A DNA stretch of 36,280 nucleotides from Candidatus Heimdallarchaeota archaeon. GTDB taxonomy: Archaea; Asgardarchaeota; Wukongarchaeia; Wukongarchaeales; JBHIFL01. Every line of letters starts with the position of its first letter. Within the stretch, counting starts at the first letter, position 1. Of this stretch, positions 28,553 to 36,280 are shown one piece after another. The notes under the pieces were generated by a model that saw nothing but the letters and a program-made list of their open reading frames with translations, was not told where the DNA came from and did not search any database. The position numbers were made by a program, and so were the translations under genes. The stretch is from NCBI GenBank assembly GCA_046761065.1, contig JBHIFL010000045.1, forward strand, positions 1-36,280. The letters run 5' to 3'.

Positions 28553-29746
28553 ATGAAACCCGCGTTTTGCATGATACTTCATGCCTATCAACCGCCAACA
28601 CAAACGGAATATATTTTGAAACGAATTGTGAACAATTGTTATCTTCCAATAATGACTGGATTACTCAACCAATCGAGCGTGAAAATCACACTAAACATTA
28701 ACGGATCCCTTTCTGAGATGCTTAATCATCAATATCCTGTGGTCATTGAAAAGATCGAGGACTTATTCAAGAATGGTCAATTGGAATTTCTCGACTCCGC
28801 TGCCTATCACCCGATTCTTCCACTTCTACCGCCAAATGATCGTGAATATCAAATCTCACTTAATTCCAAAATAAATAAAGAGATTTTTGGCCATATTTAC
28901 AGCCCAATCGGATTTTTTCCACCCGAACTTGCCGTTAGCAGGGATGTTATTCGCCAACTTGCGCTCCTAGGGTATAAGTATGTAATCATCCCTCCCCTCG
29001 CTCTTCCTATGCGGTTGCACACCGAGATCCCTTATCTTCATGTGCAAGGTCGAAAACGGCACGGAACAATCCACCTAATCCCCCGTAACCATGAAATAAG
29101 TAATGAAATTGCATTTAAGAAATATCATCAGGTCTCAGAGCTCCTTACTCGCTTAACTCATCTCCAGCGATCAATGCCCATGCCGACTATTTGTGCGATG
29201 GATATTGAAACATTTGGTGAGCATAACAAAAGCTATGAGACCTTTCTTATTGAATTATTAACGAAAACTGAATCAATCACTGCTGAAACGGTTCTGTTTA
29301 CAAGTTCAGACTATGAAATCTTTGATATCCGCTCTTGTTCCTGGAGTACTAGCCACCAAGATATTGATAATCGGGTTCCATACCCGCTTTGGGAGCATCC
29401 ATTGAACAGCATCCACCAATTAGTGAATCTTCATCTCGATCTCGTCAATGAAACAAGTAGATTGCTAGATGAGGAGCAAAAAGGAACACCTAATGAAAAA
29501 GATATAAAATACTCTGCTGTTCGAATCTTGATTGCAAAGGCGCAACATTCAGATGTACAATGGTGGGCCGGTGGCCACGGTCACTGGAGTCCCGTAATGA
29601 TCCAAAGAGGATTAGCACTCCAAAAATTCGCTCTGGAGACAGCTAAAAAAACACTCAGTAATCCTGAACATACGAAACGTGTTGAAATCTTTCTGGAAAT
29701 GTCAAATCTGATTTTTGAGAGGATAAAACGACTAATAAATTCTTAA
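28553..29746 (+). CDS. Short GH57 family glycoside hydrolase
   Basis: HAYQPP, SAAYHPILPLL, nucleophile FFPPELAV, acid/base MDIETFGEH, SWS and HSDVQWW motifs. Confidence 0.9.
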   Translation: MKPAFCMILHAYQPPTQTEYILKRIVNNCYLPIMTGLLNQSSVKITLNINGSLSEMLNHQYPVVIEKIEDLFKNGQLEFLDSAAYHPILPLLPPNDREYQISLNSKINKEIFGHIYSPIGFFPPELAVSRDVIRQLALLGYKYVIIPPLALPMRLHTEIPYLHVQGRKRHGTIHLIPRNHEISNEIAFKKYHQVSELLTRLTHLQRSMPMPTICAMDIETFGEHNKSYETFLIELLTKTESITAETVLFTSSDYEIFDIRSCSWSTSHQDIDNRVPYPLWEHPLNSIHQLVNLHLDLVNETSRLLDEEQKGTPNEKDIKYSAVRILIAKAQHSDVQWWAGGHGHWSPVMIQRGLALQKFALETAKKTLSNPEHTKRVEIFLEMSNLIFERIKRLINS

Positions 29747-29816
29747 AAAGTATATAATTCATTTATAAAATTAAATCATCTAAATATTCCTGTTTTTATA
29801 AAATCGTAAAATAGAG

Positions 29817-31565
29817 GTGCTTAATATGGGAATTCCTGATCCTATTGGAAGCTTTAGTTTCGTTCTCCATTCGCATATTCCTTTTGTCCGTCAAGCGGGC
29901 GGATGGCCCTTTGGGGAGGAAATGCTTTATGAAGTAATGGCCGAATCATATATACCGATTTTAAATGCTCTCTATGACTTATTAGATGATGGTTATTCTC
30001 CTAGCATAACGATCGGTTTGACACCTGTCCTTGTCGAACAACTCCGTGACTCACACATAAGAGAACATTTCGGTGAGTACGTCGAAGAACGTATCCAATT
30101 GGCGCGTCAGACTCGCGTCAGTTTCGAAGAACAGGGGATAGATTATGCAGTACAAGTGATCGATTTCTTTACAAACTGGTACCAGCAAATCTTACAAACT
30201 TATCGTGAGCGTTATAATACCAATCTGGTTGCCGCTTTTAAACGTCTTCAAGAAGCCAACGTGATTGAGATCCTGACAAGTGCAGCAACTCATGCCTATT
30301 TACCTTTGTTAAGTACAGAAAGTAATATTTGGGCCCAAATCATGGCAGGGATTTCTAGTTATAAGAAAATATTCGGTCAAGATCCACAAGGGATCTGGCT
30401 CCCGGAATGTGCCTACAGACCCGGATACCGATGGAAACCTCCCGTTGGGGAAGATAAACCATCTCGTGAACGACCAGGTATTCAGAATTTCTTAGCTAAT
30501 GCAAACATACGCTATTTCCTTATTGATACGCCACTTTTGATCGGGGGTGAAACAATAGGCGTTTACATCCACCGTTTTGAGGCTTTGCAGAAATTGTGGA
30601 CTGCGTTTGAATCCCAGTATGTAGAGCGGGCTGTAGATGTTACCAAAACCCCGTACAGTCCATACCTCCTCTCGGCTGGCAAAAAGGCGGTCGCTGTGTT
30701 CACACGCGATCCAAAGTCCGGCTTAGTCGTCTGGAGTGGAGAGTGGGGTTATCCTGGTGATGGGTGGTATAATGAATTTCATAAACGAGAAATGCATTCG
30801 GGACTTCGACTCTGGCGGATCACCTCTGGGGAAGCCGACTTGGCTGATAAGTGGTACTATGATCCCGGTATGGCTGCCAAACGTATTCCAGAAAATGCTT
30901 CACATTTCGTACACTTAGTGAAAGAGACGCTTATGGACCATCATAGGCAGACGGGGCAGCAGGGCATTCTTTGTGCAGTCTATGATACCGAGTTATTTGG
31001 ACATTGGTGGTTTGAAGGGCCAGAATGGCTTAAACTGGTCCTGAAAGGACTCTGCGAAGAATCAGTAGTTGAGCTCACGACTTGTGGTAGATTTTTGGAA
31101 GCGTATCCCCCCGACACGATCGTATCGCTCCCAGAGGGCTCATGGGGCAAAGGAGGATTTCACTGGATCTGGATGAATGCTGATACGGCATTTATATGGG
31201 AAAAAATATACGAGTGTGAGGCAAAGATGGAGGAGCTTGCGGTGAAGTACGCGGACGCGGCAACGACGGATCCACGACTTGAGCAGATTCTAAAGCAGAC
31301 CATCCGCGAGTTATTCTTGTTACAAAGCAGCGATTGGCCGTTTTTAATCACGACGTGGCAGGCACGTGATTATGCGGCGATGCGGTTCAGCGAGCATTAC
31401 GAGTCATTCCAACGGTTATCCCGGATCTGTGACGCCTATCATGCAACTAGAACCCTCCCGCCAGAAGATGAACGATTTCTAGCAGCCATCGAGGAGCGTG
31501 ATAATCTCTTGCCTGAGATCGATGTTCACTGGTTCTTATATTCTTACGAAAAAGAATCCATCTAA
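29817..31565 (+). CDS. GH57 1,4-alpha-glucan branching enzyme (DUF1957 C-terminal domain)
   Basis: LHSHIPFV, THAYLPLL, WLPECAY, GYPGD..Y.EFH, YDTELFGHWWFEGP, SWG and LQSSDWPF motifs. Start is GTG 29817 or ATG 29826. Confidence 0.95.
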   Translation: MLNMGIPDPIGSFSFVLHSHIPFVRQAGGWPFGEEMLYEVMAESYIPILNALYDLLDDGYSPSITIGLTPVLVEQLRDSHIREHFGEYVEERIQLARQTRVSFEEQGIDYAVQVIDFFTNWYQQILQTYRERYNTNLVAAFKRLQEANVIEILTSAATHAYLPLLSTESNIWAQIMAGISSYKKIFGQDPQGIWLPECAYRPGYRWKPPVGEDKPSRERPGIQNFLANANIRYFLIDTPLLIGGETIGVYIHRFEALQKLWTAFESQYVERAVDVTKTPYSPYLLSAGKKAVAVFTRDPKSGLVVWSGEWGYPGDGWYNEFHKREMHSGLRLWRITSGEADLADKWYYDPGMAAKRIPENASHFVHLVKETLMDHHRQTGQQGILCAVYDTELFGHWWFEGPEWLKLVLKGLCEESVVELTTCGRFLEAYPPDTIVSLPEGSWGKGGFHWIWMNADTAFIWEKIYECEAKMEELAVKYADAATTDPRLEQILKQTIRELFLLQSSDWPFLITTWQARDYAAMRFSEHYESFQRLSRICDAYHATRTLPPEDERFLAAIEERDNLLPEIDVHWFLYSYEKESI

Positions 31566-32034
31566 CGAATCATGCATGAAATTGATAAACGTAGTTTTAG
31601 AGATAAATGAAGTTGCAATAAAACTGGTTCATCCATTTTTTTTCCCGTTTTACAACCGAGAAGACATAAATCTCCTGGAAGACGTTTTATAATCGCTGGG
31701 AAGCGTTTTTTATCATTTACGCAGGAAAATACGGTTTATAGAGTAGTGAGTTTCACAAGTTTTCGAGAATTTGTTATTACCTTAGTACTTTTCATAAGTG
31801 GGGCAAGGGAAAAAAGATTCTAAAAGCGAGAATGACGAGATAGACCGCATAATTCGCATCAACTGGATCGATCCGTCCGGTATTAGCATTTGTTTTGCTG
31901 ATCCAAATAACCCTTGTCCAAATGCTCTCTTTTTTTCTTCATTAGTATTTTTGGTCATGACTTTTTGAGATAGATAGTGTAAGATAGTGTATTTCTTATC
32001 CCATAGATTATATTCTATATAAGGGCTAATTATA

Positions 32035-32466
32035 ATGGATTTAACAAATAAAAAAAAGATTTTATTCATCTGCACTCATAATTCGGCACGGTCTCAGATG
32101 GCTGAAGGCTTGTTAAAAACTCTTTATGGAACTCATTATAATGCATTTAGTGCTGGAATTGAACCTTCAGATGTGAATCCTTTCGCTATTAAGGTAATGG
32201 CTGAACTTGGGATTGATATTTCGATGTATCACTCAAAGAATATAGAAAATTTTCGAGGGAAAGAATTTGATTATGTAGTTACTGTTTGTGATCATGCTAA
32301 AGAGACCTGTCCTTTCTTTCCAGGTGGGAAAAAATTCCTCCATCAAGGTTTTGAAGATCCTTCCACATGTACTGGAACTGAAGAAGAAATATTAACCTGT
32401 TTTAAGCGCGTTAGAGATGAAATAAGAGATTGGATTAAGAACACATTTGAGAGCAAATACAAATAG
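32035..32466 (+). CDS. arsC: Arsenate reductase, thioredoxin-type (LMW-PTP fold)
   Basis: CTHNSARSQMAE P-loop, VTVCDHAKETCPFFPG and FEDP...RVRDEI motifs. Confidence 0.9.
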   Translation: MDLTNKKKILFICTHNSARSQMAEGLLKTLYGTHYNAFSAGIEPSDVNPFAIKVMAELGIDISMYHSKNIENFRGKEFDYVVTVCDHAKETCPFFPGGKKFLHQGFEDPSTCTGTEEEILTCFKRVRDEIRDWIKNTFESKYK

Positions 32467-32684
32467 GCCAATAATGAATAACAAACAGTTTGTTTATGGT
32501 GAGATTTGTTCACCGAGTTCCCTTGAATGTTGCTTAAATCCCACATTACGGCTGGACTTTTGATCCACTTTGATCATTAAGTAAATTTACCCTGTATTTT
32601 TATAAGATTAATAGGAATCTTTACAAGAAGGATGAGAGAATAAAAAGTGAAACAGATAGTGTCAAAGAACTGGCTGAATTAGTT

Positions 32685-33170
32685 TGAAAAGAAATTGGAT
32701 TTAAAATGTCAAATTGAAATAGGTTTTGGCTGCGATGATCATTATTATACAATTCCTGTAGCGAAAATAGTTGGGGGACAAAAATAAGATCTATGCTTTG
32801 AATAATAATAGATATTGGTTACATGAAGTGATACGGAGGGCAGAATAGTTGAATCTTAAACATATCTAATCTAAAGAAATATCAAGAAAAAGTAATAATC
32901 CGCTTGAAAAATGAATTGATAGACATCGCTTTACATTATGATGTTTCAAATTCTTACTATTTCACCACAATAGCCTGAAAGGCATAGTTAACGGAAATTT
33001 ACGGAGTTTTAAAACTTAAAATATTAATTTCAGTTTATCTACAACATTTGCAATTAGGCATTGTTAAGAACAATCTTGAAACTGTTAATTTTCACTTTAT
33101 AAAGAATTTATTGCCATTACTCCATATTTATCACTTACCGCAAGATTATGTCTAAAATTTCGATAAGAAT
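32685..33170 (+). pseudogene. Heavily decayed class I SAM-dependent methyltransferase
   Basis: Fragments in order across stops and shifts: KEIG / GFGCDDHYYTIPVAKIVG / KIYAL..EVIRRAE*LNLKHI / NELIDIALHYDV..YYF / LTEIYGVLK..ISVY.QH / ETVNF..LLH..YV*NF. These match the DFGCG..YTIPAAKIVG..VYALD..VLLYDVLH..EIYRVLK..SVYPKH family pattern. Confidence 0.7.
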
Positions 33171-33286
33171 GATTTTCTTAGAATAATTAGATCAATCGTT
33201 CTTTTATTTCTTAGCAACTCCTCCAACTAATCGGCAAATCCCAAAAAACCTGTGAAAAGCTTTCTTCTTCATAGAATACTCTTGAC

Positions 33287-33298
33287 AGCTTGTTGCCC
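33287..33298 (+). repeat. Left terminal inverted repeat of IS
   Basis: AGCTTGTTGCCC, the reverse complement of 34549-34560. Confidence 0.85.
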
Positions 33299-33410
33299 TA
33301 AAAGTTAAATCTTAAGAAGGCATGGATAGCATCCTTTTCCGATCTTTTTATGGGAGTGGGGACCGAAACCGTTTTATATGTTTCTCTCTACTTCATTTTG
33401 GTGTTAACCA

Positions 33411-34502
33411 ATGAAGAAGAGTAGGAATAAAACACACTCCAAGAAACGGTTTCGGCCGAGATTGACTCGCCTTATCAAACACTTAAATTTTTCCAAGTAT
33501 GCGACTCGGCTTTCGGGCCAAAAGTCTCCCACGCCTCGAGGCGGATATCCTAAGTTCGCTTACTTGAAGGCCCTGCTGCTCAAAACCTTCCTCCAACTCA
33601 CTTATCGCGATCTAGAAGTCTTTCTCCGCCGGTATCCGAGTTATGCGACGGCCTGTGGGTTCCGTCGGGGCCATATCCCTCACTAACTATTCCCGCTTTG
33701 CGAAGTTCTTTACGCGATTAAATCCTTCCTTGGTCGAAGAGATCAGTGTTGATGTGACCCGCAAGGTGATTCGACGCCTCCGGGTTCCCTGTAAGATCCT
33801 CGGAGTCGATTCCACAAGTTCCCGAGCCTACGCCAATTCTTTCTCGAAAAAGGGCGATCCGGACGCAACGGTGGGAAAGTCCTCGGTGAAGGGCTTCTTT
33901 TTTTCTACGGGTACAAGCTCCATCTGGTGGTGGATGGCCAAACCGACCTCCCAGTGGCCTTTGAAGTCACGGCGGGGAATGTGTATGATGGCCATCGTCT
34001 CCTGCCGTTAATACGAAAAGCCGTGAACATCACCCGCAAGCGGCCAAAGGCCGCCGTCGCCGATAAAGGGTACGATGCGGGGTACAACTATGTGGGCATC
34101 GTGGAGGAGTTTGGAACCGCCCCAATCATCTCCATTCGGAGGAGCAGAAGAGGGCTTCTGGGTCGTCAAACGACCCTCGCAGAATTTTGCCCGCTAAGGA
34201 GTGGAAAACGGCGCAAGAAAGGGCCCCGAAGAAATAAGACGCAAGAACAGCTCCTGAGGCAGTACCCTCCCATTGCGAGAGGGAGTCCGGAATGGAACTT
34301 CCTCACCAAGTTCCGGGCGAGCGCGGAACGAGCCATAAGCCGGCTGAAAGCGATTTTTGGGCTGGAGCGGGTGCGAGTGCGGGGTTTGGAACGGGTGAAA
34401 AAACACGTCGGGTTGTGCGTGATTGGGCTCCTCGAGAGTGCTTTGTATCTGTGCAAACGAGGGAGACCCCGTCTGGCAAGATCTTTTCCGTATGTGGTGT
34501 GA
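33411..34502 (+). pseudogene. DDE transposase split by two frameshifts
   Basis: DUF772-like N-terminus (LKALLLK..LTYRDLE..ACGF..IPH/YSRFAKF), GVDST, DPDATVG, (F)YGYKLHLVVD, ADKGYD and RASAERAISRLK. Shifts at 33682-33689 (ACTA duplication) and 33898-33904 (T7 run). Confidence 0.88.
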
Positions 34503-34548
34503 AACCAAAGGAGGCTTGAAATGCAGCGCGTTGGATTAGAGATATCTT

Positions 34549-34560
34549 GGGCAACAAGCT
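34549..34560 (-). repeat. Right terminal inverted repeat of IS
   Basis: GGGCAACAAGCT, the reverse complement of 33287-33298. Confidence 0.85.
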
Positions 34561-34935
34561 ATAAAGCATTAGAAGAAATGTCCAAGGTCATGATTCAATG
34601 CAGAACGCTTTTTTTAATATGTGCCGCTTTTTTAGTCTAATAAAATGCTTTTTAGCTCTTCATCCACTTATGCTCACTGGGCACGTTCCTTTTTGATTTC
34701 ATGGTGGAATGTCCCTATTCCAAACCAAAGTCTATTTTATTGTCAATGTTCGAATCAGAATTATTTATCATCATTAGAAAGTTTCTTGGGACATCTAAGG
34801 ACCCATGTTAACAGATCCCCATGGCCACATGCAGAAACCATCTCCCTAATAGAACCACCCACGAAGCCACCCTCTCCTAGCAACAAGTTTTTTGTGAACC
34901 CTTCTCGCCTTATCTCGCAAAGAGAAGATTTCAAA

Positions 34936-35152
34936 GTAGGCGATGAAATAAAGTTGCTACCTAAGATAAACGAAATGCGGAAAAATTATCTGCTTTACCC
35001 AAGAACTCTTTAAAATCCCCACAATGAATCTGCCAAGCAACCATTATCCCGATTGTGCCGAACTTATTCGAATGCAGCTCAAGGAATTTGGGCTTGAAGT
35101 TCAACTCATCAAGGTGCCAGAAGCTTTTTTGAAAAGTTTATTCTCGGAGTAA
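34936..35152 (+). pseudogene. N-terminal relic of an M20 (ArgE/DapE-like) peptidase
   Basis: LLPKINEMR, then after a shift KIICFTQELFKIPTMNLPSNHYPDCAELIRMQLKEFGLEVQLIKVPEAFL. This matches the archaeal M20 start ..ELIKIPTVNPPGENY.ECAE..L.E.G.EV.LIEVPE. Confidence 0.65.
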
Positions 35153-35385
35153 ACCATAATCGGAACTCGTAAATCGTGAAATCGAGTTCTTTGTGGAAAG
35201 GATGGCCAGCATATAAAAAGCACAATTGTTACATGCTTTAGTTCATCATTGAATAATATCGAAGACACTTAATACGCAAATTTGGTAGACAGTGGTCGTA
35301 CCAATAAGGAGAGGGCATTACCTTTGATACTTCAATTGTACTTCAGAAGAAGCAAATGAACGAGACCTATTGTGAAAGAACGATG

Positions 35386-36279
35386 TCACATTTCAGCTAC
35401 GGGGTTAACCAGATGGCAAGCCACTAAATGTTCTACTTGAGATGATCCATCTGGTGACATTAGTTTGGGCACGATTTTGGAGCAGATCTCCATCGCATGA
35501 GGGCATCGCGGATGGAATCTACATCCCGGGGGGATGTTCACTGCGCTTGGAATCTCGCCCTTGATTTTAATGGATTGACGGTCGACAGATGGGTCGGGAA
35601 TAGGAACTGCCGTGATCAAAGCTTGAGTGTACGGGTGAAGGGGGTTGTGCACAAGGTCCTCTGAAGATGCCAGTTCGAAAATTTTACCCAAGTACATCAC
35701 AGTAATACGGTCACATACATGTTTAGCTACTGCCAAATCATGTGTGATAAACAGAAACGTTATGCCGTACTTTTGTCGCAGGTCTAGCATAAGCCTTAAA
35801 ATTCCAGCCCTGATGGAGACGTCAAGCATGGAGACGGGTTCATCGGCTACGATCAGGGCTGGCTTGAGTAGCAGTGTCCTTGCGACGACAACTCGTTGCA
35901 TTTGCCCCCCGGACAACTCGTACGGGTAACGGGGCATGAAATCTTCTACAGGGGACAAGCCTACCTCTTCTAGGGCTTGAATCACCATGTCAACCCGCTC
36001 GGAATCTGTCTTTGCTAGGTGGTGGATCTCGATAGGTTCGGATAAAATTCTAAATATCGTTTTTTTCGGATTCAGAGCATCGTAAGGGTCTTGGTAGATG
36101 ATCTGGATCTTACGTCTCAACGCGGCTAACGAGCTTTTTTCAAGAGAGAAAATGTCCTTGCCTTCAAGCAAGACTTCCCCAGCTGTTCTCTCATGAAGCC
36201 GGAGGAGTAATTTTCCCGTAGTCGTTTTGCCACTTCCGCTTTCACCAGCCAGAGTTATGATCGTTTGTTCATTCTCAGG
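35386..36279 (-). CDS. oppF: Oligo/dipeptide ABC transporter ATP-binding subunit (OppF type), 5' end outside window
   Basis: The frame is open to the window end and includes Walker A LAGESGSGKTT upstream of the track's start. YPYELSGGQMQR, VADEPVS and GCRFHPRC...VACH motifs. Confidence 0.93.
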   Translation of the reverse strand, partial: PENEQTIITLAGESGSGKTTTGKLLLRLHERTAGEVLLEGKDIFSLEKSSLAALRRKIQIIYQDPYDALNPKKTIFRILSEPIEIHHLAKTDSERVDMVIQALEEVGLSPVEDFMPRYPYELSGGQMQRVVVARTLLLKPALIVADEPVSMLDVSIRAGILRLMLDLRQKYGITFLFITHDLAVAKHVCDRITVMYLGKIFELASSEDLVHNPLHPYTQALITAVPIPDPSVDRQSIKIKGEIPSAVNIPPGCRFHPRCPHAMEICSKIVPKLMSPDGSSQVEHLVACHLVNPVAEM

Positions 36280-36280
36280 T

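Larger units (their letters stand above)
33287..34560 (+). mobile_element. Insertion sequence (IS5/IS1182-like DDE element), about 1274 bp
   Basis: Perfect 12-bp terminal inverted repeats enclose a DDE transposase. The element is visibly more GC-rich than its flanks. No clear target-site duplication. Confidence 0.88.

Noticed and set aside
31782-32075. 97-aa minus-strand ORF overlapping the arsC start
   Set aside because: It overlaps the arsC promoter and 5' end, and resembles no ars or regulator family.
34565-34920. Possible TnpB remnant on the minus strand (GRWFLHV, IDFGL-like words)
   Set aside because: Only short scattered words separated by stops, which is not enough to support a call.
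34645-35013. 122-aa plus-strand ORF
   Set aside because: No recognisable motifs and low-complexity composition. Only its last ~20 codons belong to the M20 relic.
859-35929. Numerous 60-140 aa ORFs antisense or out of frame within the large genes (for example 859-1101, 15060-15476, 21335-21709, 34166-34569, 35645-35929)
   Set aside because: These are shadow ORFs of well-supported genes.
1-36280. CRISPR array, tRNA/rRNA genes, integrase or defence system
   Set aside because: No regularly spaced repeats, cloverleaf or rRNA-like sequence, or recombinase/nuclease motifs were found by eye. A covariance-model scan would be needed to exclude small RNAs.

Overview
This is an AT-rich archaeal-looking window (DUF63 gene, archaeal-type GH57 cluster, TATA-like promoters). 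An Asgard or Bathyarchaeia-like host is an inference only. Intact content falls into three groups: (i) several Opp/Dpp peptide ABC-transporter modules, a large membrane-anchored S8 subtilase, an FxLYD-domain protein and an M24 peptidase; (ii) a dispersed alpha-glucan (glycogen) gene set with three GH57 enzymes (4-alpha-glucanotransferase/amylase, a short GH57 and a branching enzyme), a GT4 glycosyltransferase, an NDP-sugar pyrophosphorylase, a phosphohexomutase-like protein with degenerate catalytic motifs and a GalT-like HIT protein; (iii) arsC and a 1.27 kb IS with 12-bp terminal inverted repeats and a doubly frameshifted transposase. The apparent intergenic DNA holds many relics the ORF track misses. 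These include a decayed second copy of the GH57 C-terminus (12143-12465), an internally deleted FGRD/QSWSAA glycoside hydrolase (11481-11826), and two 5'-truncated genes joined back to back at an A8 run (~14055-14062). There is also a decayed methyltransferase, an M20 peptidase N-terminus, and a 559-codon membrane protein interrupted by a single UGA that sits in a hairpin loop. The relics suggest the GalT-like gene was once adjacent to the glycogen cluster and that a ~6 kb peptide-uptake/catabolic block now separates them. No rRNA, tRNA or CRISPR array was recognised.
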